DNA of 63,191 bases, counting the filler, from Chrysochromulina tobinii (Eukaryota): NCBI GenBank assembly GCA_001275005.1. It is 4 parts of 4 records of this genome, joined end to end, with 100 filler letters (N's around TTAATTAATTAA, not from the genome) between each part and the next. Parts side by side here need not be neighbours in the genome. Positions count along the whole stretch, not along the records: positions 30,474 to 59,825 come from JWZX01000926.1; positions 59,926 to 63,191 come from JWZX01000940.1; 2 more parts are not named here. The stretch is one strand, 5' to 3'. Positions 54,090 through 63,191 of the stretch are shown one piece after another. Under the pieces are notes generated by a model. That model was not told the DNA's origin and did not search any database. It saw only the letters and a list, made by a program, of their open reading frames with translations. The translations under genes were made by a program, and so were the position numbers. Numbering within the stretch: the first letter of the stretch is position 1; every line of letters starts with the position of its first letter.

Positions 54090-57000
54090 TCACGTGGCGG
54101 CCTTGGACTTGCCTCTGCCTTTGCCTTTGGCAGAGGCCGCCGAAGCGGCGCCCGTGTTTGCGGGCAGTTCACAGCCATTGTCGGTGTTCTTCACTGGAAG
54201 CCCGAGCCAGCCATTGGGCGGGCGCGGCACCTCTTGAACCCACTGACTATCGTAATTCAGGGTGATTTCCCGACGTTGGGCACGGTCGGGCGGGTCACGC
54301 CGATCCCCTGCCAGGTACGCGTAGCATCCTGTGCCTGCCCAAGAGAAGGTGCCTGGCAGGTCCTTATACATGCCGCAGAAGACGCAGGCGGCCTGCTTGC
54401 ACGTGACTTCGTACCCATTCTCCTCCTTGAATGCCTTCTCGACCTCGCGATAGAGCTGTTGGCGGCTCTTCGTCTGGCCGGGGTCGGTGGCTGGAGAGTA
54501 CCGATAGTTGTGGCGTTCTTCCCACCACGCGACAGGGTGGATCGATTGCCACCACTCCTCAAGGGCAGTGGGGATCCCACTGTCATAACGGGATCCCTGT
54601 TGCTTCACCTTGCGCTCGCGCTGCTCCCCGGTGAAGCTATGCGTCACCTTATCGCGCATGAATGCGTCGAGAGCCGCGCGGCTTGCGCTCTGGTCCACAC
54701 GCCCGTCGACCACTGCAATCTCCTTGGCCTTGATCTTCTCATGCAGAGCGACGACGGCCTCCTCGATCGAGTCGCGAAAGGCGTACCGCTTGATGAAGCA
54801 ATCCTTCTCTTGGCCAAGCCGGTGGATACGCCCTGCCGCCTGCACCTCTTGCCCCGGGTCGATGCACGGCTCCATCAAGAAGATGCGGTTGGCGGCGGTC
54901 AGCGTGATTCCAACGGCGGCGGTGGCGTAGGTGACGACGAAGACGCGCGCGCCGAGGCGCGCCGGGTCCTGGAACTGCTGGATGAGACGATGGCGCTGCT
55001 GCGGCGCCGTCTTGGCGTTAAACTCGAAGACGACGAGCTTGGAGGCCGATGGGGTGCCCGTGCCGGGGGCGAGCACGCCGCCCGGCTTGGTGGCTGCCTC
55101 GATGAGCTTGACGAGACGTTCCTGCACCGTCGAATGGCGCGTGAAGACGATGGCTCGAAAGTTAGGCTCAGAAGCCCGTAGCGCGCCCAGATCTTCCATG
55201 AGCACGCGGAACTTGGTGAGGTTCGTCAGCGGCTCGTACTTGATGACTGTCTCGGGCTTCTCCGCGGCGATCCCGAAAGGACCCGTGAGCTTCAACCGGC
55301 GCGCCTCGGCCGCCGTCGGCTTGAACGGCACCTCGAGTCGTTCGTGAGTGCGCAGAAAGGCAGCAGTTGCCGCGGCAAATGAGCCCCCTGGGAAGGGCGC
55401 GTCGAGCGTCGGCGGCTTCCTGACGTAGTACTCACTCTTCTCATCGTCATCGATCACAAAGGTTTCGCGCTTGCGCCGCTGCTCGGCCGTCTCCGTCCCC
55501 GCACGTCCGTAGTAGCTTTGCGAGTTCCCTGGCGTGTACTTATACACTGTCTTGCCTTCCTCCGTCTCCTCTTTGAGCTTGCCTTCGGCGAGGAGCTGCT
55601 CGAGCAACTTCTGCCGAGCCAGCTGCCCCCTGTACGTGAACTCGTTCTTCAGCTCGAGGTGCTCTGCGTGCGCCGTGTCGAAGTGGCTGTCGCAGCCGCA
55701 CACGATGTCTTGCTGGTACAGGTGGCTGCACGCATTCAGCTGCGCCGCGCATTGCTCAAGGTAGTTGCCATACGAGCTCGCCACGCTCGGCTGGATGCAC
55801 CGGTGCACATTGTACATGACGCGCTCGTCCTCGGACATCTCGAGCCACAAGGTCGAGCATTCTGTCTCTGGCAGCGCGAGTGCTACCTCGCCGCCAATGC
55901 GCTGCGACTTCGTGTGCCGTATGATGAGCTTGCGAAGCCGCTCGACGAGCTCCTCGTTCTTGACCTGGCGCTTGGGTGCTGCGGTCTCGGGATCCCTACC
56001 CATATCCTTGCATATCTGCCAGATCGGGTAATTTGAATCGCCTGGCTTCGGTGGCCACGGGACCGAGATGATGCCGTGCGAAATCTCTTTGAGCTTGAGG
56101 CCGTGCTCCCACTGGCCGAGCAAGTGCGCCTGGTTGGTGAGCTGGCGGAGGTCGGTTGAGATGGGCGTGGCGGTGACGAGCCACATGAGGCTGGTCTGGT
56201 ACTGTGAAAGGTAGTTGAGCTTCTGCGTCGTTGTCGAGTTTGGGTCGCCGAGTAAGTGCGCCTCGTCAACCACCAGCCGGTGCGCGCGCACGTTGGCCAA
56301 GAAGTAGGGTGGTAGCGCCATGTGCGGCGTCGTGAGCAGCACGTCGACGTCGCGAAGCTGCGCGAGCCCGGCCGTCTTCTTCTTGCCGTCGCCGTAGAAC
56401 ATGAGTACCCGGAGCGAAGGTGCAAATCTCTTGAGCTCGTCTGCCCACTGCTGCACGATCGTGTTGTTCACGACGATGATTGTGAGCTTGAGCTTGGTCG
56501 GCTCCCCATCGCCGCTGAGCAGCTTCGCAAATCGCTCGTCGGGCACGGGCTTCAGGGTATTGGCTGGGTTGGCGAGGATGAGCGCGGCGACCACCGCCGT
56601 CTTGCCCATCCCAACTTCATCGCAGAGCCAGCCGCCGCGGCATGCCGCCGCGTGGCTGACTCGTGAATTCCCCCACTCGTGAATCTTGTTCTTGACGAGC
56701 TCGTGCCGGAGCCCTTCGAGTTCTGGGTCGGTCGAGCGCTCATTGTGCAGCATGAACGCGAGAGATTGCTTCTGGTACGGGCGCAGCAGCACGCCCGCCG
56801 CGAAGCCGATGGGCTCCGGCTCCTCAGCCGGATACACCTGCTGCACCGCCGCTAGGATCTCATCGCAGCTCCAGCGGCGGAGCGGCGGGTCGAAGCCAGG
56901 CTGGCACGCGGGAGCGGCGGAGGCGCTGCCGGACGAGCCTGCTGACGCGCCTGTGGACGAGCCTGCGCCTGCGGTGATGGGAGGCTTTCCGCCGTGCGCT

Positions 57001-57349
57001 TTCCAGCGCGCACGTTGCTGCTGCCAGTGCGTGCTCGTGTGCGTCGCGTGGCAGTGTGCCGACCACTCAGGGCAGTCGGCCGCCGCGTCGTCGCAGACGT
57101 AGCACCAGCAGTTGGTGCAGCGTTCGGTTTCCTTGCCTGCGACGAAGGGCTTGGTTGTGCACCACTCTCGTGAGTGTGGGAAGTCGACAAGGGCCAGCTC
57201 ACCCGTGCGTCCCACGAATTGGACGTCGTCGTCGTCGTCGTTGCCGTCGTCGTTGCGCTCGCCGGCTCCTTCCGCAGACGATCCGCCGGCGGCGCTGGCG
57301 CTGGTTGCAGCTGCAGCGACTTGCGCGGCCGGCGCGTCCACGATGGCCA

Positions 57350-57386
<37 letters not shown>

Positions 57387-57815
57387 GCCGTCATCATCAT
57401 CCACGTCAATGGGCTCGGCCGCAGTCGCGGGTGGCGCGCGCGTGGGCGCCGGTGGCTTGGCCGCGGGCGCCGGTCGCTTGTTATCAGCAACCACAACCAT
57501 TGAACCAACATCCACACCAGAGAGATCTGGTTGCTGTGCAACGGCGCGGCGCTTGCCGGCGCGGTTGGACCGTGGCTGCGATGGGTCCTCGGGCGAGGGT
57601 CGTTTCACCGGCTGCGCCTTGCTTTCGTGCTCATCGAGCTTGATGTAGCGCGCGACTACAGCATTCTCCGTTTCACCGTCCTCGTATCTGATGTTGAAGG
57701 TGCCGTCCGCATTCACTTTCACGATCTTGCCAGCGAACCAGTCTCCGGGTGCCCTGACGCCCGCAGACGTTGCCATGTATTTGGCCTTGACTTGGTCGCC
57801 ATCTTGGAAAGTCAT
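54090..57815 (-). CDS. SNF2-family (Rad5/16-like) helicase with N-terminal Tudor-like and Cys/His-rich RIN13-like domains
   Basis: LRPYQ, GGWLCDEVGMGKT, VVDEAH, GITLTAANRIFLMEP, QAAGRIHRLGQ; WFAGKIVKVNADGTFNIRYEDG; DFPHSREWC…CTNCWCYVCD…W..HCHA. Confidence 0.88.
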
Positions 57816-58178
57816 CGCGGACCGTCAAAGCCGTCGGTCTGCTCGCGAGCGAAGCGCGCGTTTTGTTAAGGCACGCCTCGTGTGACCTTCTCGAGTTCCG
57901 AGTGAATGTAAAGGCGCTGTCACGAGCGTGTTTCACGCGTCGACGCTGAATTAAAACACAGAGAATCCACACATGCCTCGGACGCGTGGCTGCCGCATGT
58001 GGCTGCCGCGCCCCGAGCGCGCAAGGCGTCACTCATCACGCCCCCCCGGTTGTGCAAGAAGCCAAAACCGCCCCCTCCACGATTGCGCCCCTGGCGTCCG
58101 CTGGCCGCATGCTGCCACCCACTCTGTGGCGTGCCGTCCTCCAGTTGTCTCAGAAGACTCAGAAGAGCTCTGTTTGGC

Positions 58179-59759
58179 CTATGAGCCATCGTCGGGCATC
58201 ATCGCATCGAGCTCGATGGCTCTCTTGAGCTTTTGCGCTTGCGAAGCCTTGAACTCATCCTCCGTTTCGTACAGCTTCATCCTCGCGACGAGCTCCGCGT
58301 ACTGCGCTGCGCTCTTCGTCGAAAGCTCAGAGTCGCGCTTCCACCTCGCAGTTGCCTGTTCGAGCTCATCCTTGGCCTTGTCCCACGCCTCGAGCGTCGC
58401 CACCTCCTCCGCCTTCGCCCTCTCCATGTCTGCGACCGACTTTTTGGAGGGACTCTTTGAAGGACTCTCCGCGTCTGCGACCGACTTTTTGGAAGGACTC
58501 TTTGTTGGACTCAAATCCTTCATCGACTTTTTCGATTTGGACTTTGCGAGGTTGCCCGGTGCCGGTGAAGCTGGCTCCGTAGCCGGAGCTGGCTCAACAG
58601 CCTCCGAGTCACCGACAGACGCCCTCATGACCTTTGCCGCCGCGATGTAAGCGAGCTGCGTCTCCCTCTCATGCTCCTGAGCCTTGGTCATGGCCCTCGA
58701 CGAAGCCGCCGCCTTTTCTTCGGCCACCTTCTTCGCCTTCGTCACGTCATGGATCGTCGCCTGCGCTTCCATGCGGCCCTTCTTGCCCTCGTCAATGCCC
58801 GTCAGGTAAGCCGCCACCTGCCGCACCGCCGCCGCCAGTACGGCCGACATGATCGTGCCTCCGCACTCCTCCGGCGGCGCGTCCGGCGCGACGTCGGGCT
58901 CGGGTGGCAGCAGCGGCACGGTGTCTGCCATCGCCTTGGCCGCCATCTCGGACGCCGTCGCAGTCCAGCCCGCAAAGGCGTTTTCCCAGAAGGCCTTCAT
59001 GCCGTCGTACGTGGCGAAGGGCGGTTCGTCGGGCTCAGGCATGCCGTGCCCCTTGCGTACCGCCCCCGTGAACATGATGGAAGCGCTAGCGACCACGAGC
59101 GACCGGATCGGAGATCCACCCGGATCGGGCAGCACGCTCCACCGGACCACGCACTTGCTCATGGGCATCGCGGGCGGAATCTGCGTCATCTCGTGCGTCA
59201 TCGACATGCCTCTCTTGTCGTACGTGATCAGCGTATCGGTCATCGGCTCGCCGAACCCCAACGTGGTCCTCGTGGAGCCCTGCTGCATGCCATCGCCCGC
59301 GGAAGTGTTCACCGCGCCTGGGAAGCCAAGCATGTCGTAGAAGTACTTGAAGTTGCCCGTGACCGACCATTGCATGATGCGTGATGCGGCGCAGCCCTGG
59401 CGGTACTTGATGACCATCGATTGCGGGCCTTCTGCAATCAACTTAGCTTTCTGGCGGCCCACCTTGCCTCGCCGCTGCGCTTGGATTTTGGAGGCGGCTG
59501 AAGCCTGCGCCAACTCGGCGGCGAGCTTTGCCGCCGCCTCTGCCGCCGCCTCCTCTGCCGCCTCCATCTCTGCCTCCGCCGTTGCGGCTGCCAGCAGCTC
59601 GGCAGCCAAGGCCTGCGTAGTCTTGCGTGAGAGCTTGCCGCGCGACACCGCCTGAATCTGGATAGCGGCGACTTCCACCTCCGCATTAGCAAACGCAACC
59701 CTGCGCTTTCCCGCCGCCGCGTTCAATGACGCCGCCACCGCCTCTTCCGCCGTCGCCAT
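58179..59759 (-). CDS. IQ-motif + SRPBCC/START-like domain + coiled-coil protein (may extend past the contig edge at 59825)
   Basis: IQ motifs IQAVSRGKLSRK and IQAQRRGKVGRQ; central GSTRTTLG…TDTLITYD…MTHEM resembles the polyketide-cyclase/Bet v1 fold. Confidence 0.55.
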   Translation of the reverse strand: MATAEEAVAASLNAAAGKRRVAFANAEVEVAAIQIQAVSRGKLSRKTTQALAAELLAAATAEAEMEAAEEAAAEAAAKLAAELAQASAASKIQAQRRGKVGRQKAKLIAEGPQSMVIKYRQGCAASRIMQWSVTGNFKYFYDMLGFPGAVNTSAGDGMQQGSTRTTLGFGEPMTDTLITYDKRGMSMTHEMTQIPPAMPMSKCVVRWSVLPDPGGSPIRSLVVASASIMFTGAVRKGHGMPEPDEPPFATYDGMKAFWENAFAGWTATASEMAAKAMADTVPLLPPEPDVAPDAPPEECGGTIMSAVLAAAVRQVAAYLTGIDEGKKGRMEAQATIHDVTKAKKVAEEKAAASSRAMTKAQEHERETQLAYIAAAKVMRASVGDSEAVEPAPATEPASPAPGNLAKSKSKKSMKDLSPTKSPSKKSVADAESPSKSPSKKSVADMERAKAEEVATLEAWDKAKDELEQATARWKRDSELSTKSAAQYAELVARMKLYETEDEFKASQAQKLKRAIELDAMMPDDGS

Positions 59760-59825
59760 CGCAACGCCATCCGCAGCCGAATCCGCAGCCGCCGCGTGAA
59801 ACGCCGCTGCCTCGGCCGCCGCCGC

Positions 59826-59925
59826 NNNNNNNNNNNNNNNNNNNNNNNNNNNNNNNNNNNNNNNNNNNNTTAATTAATTAANNNNNNNNNNNNNNNNNNN
59901 NNNNNNNNNNNNNNNNNNNNNNNNN
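59826..59925. other. Artificial contig linker
   Basis: N44-TTAATTAATTAA-N44. Confidence 0.98.
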
Positions 59926-62900
59926 CAGATTTTGTCGCCATGCACTGGCACGGCGCCGAACTTTACCAACACGAATCCGCTCATCTTTGGAGACACGTTC
60001 ACCGAGACCAGCACGTCCCCGATCGACCCGCGCGCGTGCGGCCCGGCCGCGTACTCGAACGTCGACCCGGTGCCCAACGGCGACGCCTTTTTCGACCCGA
60101 CCACGTACAAGGGCGCGTTCGGCAGCGACAACTGGCTCGATGGCTGGTCGTTCTTCAACCTGCCCAACCGCCCGGGCTTTGTCAGATCGACGTCCACGTG
60201 CCCCTCGGCGGCTGCCCCTGACAACCCTGACGACCCCGTCGTCCTCTGCGGCACCCTCGCAGCAGACAAGAGGCTCTACAGAGGTGCGCTCTACGTGCTC
60301 ACCTGCCAGACGTTCGTTCCGTTGGGCATCACCTTGGCCATTCAGGCGGGCGTGACCATTTACGCCTCGCCGGTGGCTTCCGATGGCGGCGGTGCGCCAG
60401 CCCTAATCATCGAGAAGGGGGGACGGATCTTAGCACTTGGCACTTCTATTTCGCCGATCACCTTCACTGCCTTCAACCCCACCGTGTCGTCGTCGTCGTC
60501 GGTGTCGACTGACTCTACCAGCGCGGATACCGTGCTCGAGACGCGCGGCAAGTGGGGCGGGCTCATCCTCCTCGGCAGCGCGCCGACCAACATGCCAACC
60601 ACCACGCAGATCGAGGGCATCACCGCGAAAACGTACGGCGGCAGCAACCCGACCGACTCGTCGGGCTCCCTGCAGTACGTGCGCGTGTGGCACGGCGGCG
60701 CGGTCGTGGGCGCGAACAACGAGATCAACGGCATCACCTTCGGCGGCGTCGGCTCCGGCACGGTCGTCGACCACTGCGAGGTGGCGTACAATGTTGACGA
60801 CGGCTTCGAGTTCTTCGGCGGCACGGTGAACGTCAAGTACCTGTCGGTGCTCTTTGTGGGCGACGACGGCTTCGACACGGACCAGGGCTACATTGGCAAG
60901 GGCCAGTTCCTGTTCGTCATGGAGGGCCTGACGGGCGACCACTCGATGGAGATCGACTCGGGCGTCGACGCGAATCAGGACGCGACCCCTCGCTCGCACC
61001 CGGCCTTCTACTCGTTCACCTTGATCGGCGGAGGCACCGGCTCTGGCGCGCGCGCGGGCGAGCTGATCCACGTCAACGACGGCACGGGTGGCAAGTTTGG
61101 CAACGGCATCCTCGCGTACCCGCACTTGAACGGCCTCCTCTTCGAGGACTGCGGCTCGACGCTGAGCTACACGCAGACGCTGCCGGCGGCCTCGGTCAGC
61201 ATTTCGAACCCCGGCTACTTTTACTTCTCGGCCAACAACATCATCAACACGGCGACGACTGCGGCGCAGTTCGCTCTGCACACCGGCAACACCACCGCCT
61301 GCAATCCCGCGGACACGTGGACGGCGGTGATGGGTGCCCCCGGCTTCGTTGCGGTCAACGCCACCACTGACCTCGCGGAGGGTTCCGCCACCTTCAACCC
61401 TCTGCCTACTACCGGCGGCCTGGCGTGCTCGGGCACCAAGGACGCACTCCCCAACAGCGACCCCTTCTTCTCGTCGGTGAGCTGCAAGGGCGCGTTCGGC
61501 TCCTCGACGGACAACTGGCTCGCCGGCTACTCGTTGCTCGCGTGCAATGGCAAGATGGTTGGATCCACGTGCACTTCTAGCGCTGCGAGAGCGGCCCTTG
61601 CGCCGCCGTTCGCGACGCTGAAGTCAACTGTCACCTTGCTGCCGAGCACGCTCGCATCCAACGCGGTCCTCAGCGCGAGCATCTCGTACTTTCACGCCTC
61701 CCAGGTCTTTGTGCAATCGGGTGTCACCCTCACAATCCCTGCAGGCACCACCATCTTTGCGCTGCCCGTGCCCTCCGGCGTCGCCGCCCCAGCGCTCGTG
61801 GTCGTGAAGGGCGGCAAGATCGTTGCGACGGGCAGCGCGACGATGCCGATCACGTTCACTTCCGTGCTTGCAGAGTCGGCACTCGTGAGCTCGGCCACCG
61901 CCTCCACGGACTCGAATGAGAACGCCATCACGCTCGGCGAGCGCGGCAAGTGGGGCGGCCTCATCCTGCTCGGCAACGCGCCGACCAACGTGCCGACCAC
62001 CACGCAGATCGAGGGCATCAGCGGCTACACGTACGGCGGCAGCAACCCGACCGAATCGTCGGGCTCTTTGCAGTATGTGCGCGTGTGGCACGGCGGCGCG
62101 ATCGTGGGCGCGAACAACGAGATCAACGGCATCACCTTCGGCGGCGTCGGCTCCGGCACCGTGGTCGACCACTGCGAGGTGGCGTACAATGCGGACGACG
62201 GCTTCGAGTTCTTCGGTGGCACGGTGAACGTCAAGTACCTGTCGGTGCTCTTCGCGGGCGACGACGCCTTCGACACGGACGATGGCTACGTGGGCAAGGG
62301 CCAGTTCCTGTTCGCGATGCTCGGCGCCGTGGGCAACCACGGCTGTGAGATGGACTCGAGGTTCGGGGACACGCCGCGCTCGCACCCGGCCTTTTACGGC
62401 ATGTCCCTCGTGGGCGCGGGCGCCCTCTCGACGCGCCCGGGCAACGCGATGATGCGCCTGCGCGAGGGCACGGGCGGCAAGTTTGGCAACCTGATCCTCG
62501 CCAACGTCGCGACACACCCTGGCATCCGCATCGATACCTGCATCGCCACCGGGGGCACCGACACACCGCCGTCCATTGTGTCGGTGCTGCCGGCGGCGTC
62601 GGCGTCGCTGGACACGTACCTGTTCTTCTCGTCGAACAACATCATCGAGGGCCCCACCGCCGGCTTCCAAGTTGTGTCGCCATGCACTGGCACGGCGCCG
62701 ACCTTCGTCAACGCCGATCCGTTCATCTCAGGAGGCACGTTCACCGAGACCAGCACGACTCCGATCGACCCGCGCCCCGCGTGCGGCTCGGCCGCGTACT
62801 CGAACGTCGACCCGGTGCCCAACGGCGACGTCTTTTTCAGCGCGACCACGTACAAGGGCGCGTTCGGCAGCGTCAACTGGCTCGATGGCTGGTCGTTCTT

Positions 62901-63191
62901 CAACCTGCCCAACCGCCCGGGCTATGTCAGCTCGACGTTCACGTGCCCCTCGGCGGCTGCCCCTGACGACCCCATCGTCCTTTGCGGCACCCTCTCGGCA
63001 GACAAGATGCTCTACAGAGGTGGGATCTACGTGCTCACCTGCCAGACGTTCGTTCCGTCAGGCATCACCTTGGCCATTCAGGCGGGTGTCACCATTTACG
63101 CCTCGCCGGTGGCTGCCGGTGGCGGCGGTGCGCCCGCCCTGATCATCGAGAAGGGCGGCTTTCTGCTCGCCGAGGGCTCTGCGACTTCGCC
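59926..63191 (+). CDS. Large tandem-repeat protein (partial at both ends) made of ~460-aa bacterial-type beta-helix/surface-protein domains
   Basis: Frame starting at 59926 appears open to the window end. RGKWGGLILLG.APTN…YGGSNPT.SSGSLQYVRVWHGG…EINGITFGGVGSGTVVDH…DDGFEFFGGTVNVKY occurs at ~60540 and ~61940; higher-order period is 2742 bp. Confidence 0.85.

Noticed and set aside
60360..62912. Minus-strand and alternative-frame ORFs listed in the track
   Set aside because: Shadows of the GC3-rich plus-strand ORF starting at 59926.

Overview
Gene-dense, very GC-rich eukaryotic DNA with GT-AG spliceosomal introns. It is most likely a haptophyte alga (Chrysochromulina/Prymnesiales-like; inferred from a plastid-targeting SP+F motif, eEF3 and LRR style). 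The window is four separate contigs (1-16199, 16300-30373, 30474-59825, 59926-63191) joined by artificial 100-nt N/TTAATTAATTAA/N linkers, so adjacency across linkers is meaningless. Recognisable genes: cytosolic IleRS, eEF3-like ABC-F, ALDH3-like dehydrogenase, type II homoserine kinase, alpha/beta hydrolase, DEDDh exonuclease, C2H2, FHA, SAM, F-box/Kelch, F-box/BspA-LRR, NACHT-LRR, SNF2 helicase and a kinase pseudogene. Main observations: (1) many introns look newly made by a 'duplicate 9-37 nt of exon + insert a shared filler' process, with two filler families, back-to-back introns and an antisense copy kept in-frame in an exon; (2) an identical 172-nt H/ACA-snoRNA-like RNA sits in both IleRS introns; (3) one ORF fuses a macro-like domain, a microbial-type PARG and an NMNAT-like domain, next to an NLR-like gene; (4) a multi-TM protein carries a HET/TIR-like domain; (5) a large tandem-repeat ORF of a bacterial-type beta-helix domain is missed by the ORF track. 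All family assignments come from motif recognition by eye, not database searches.
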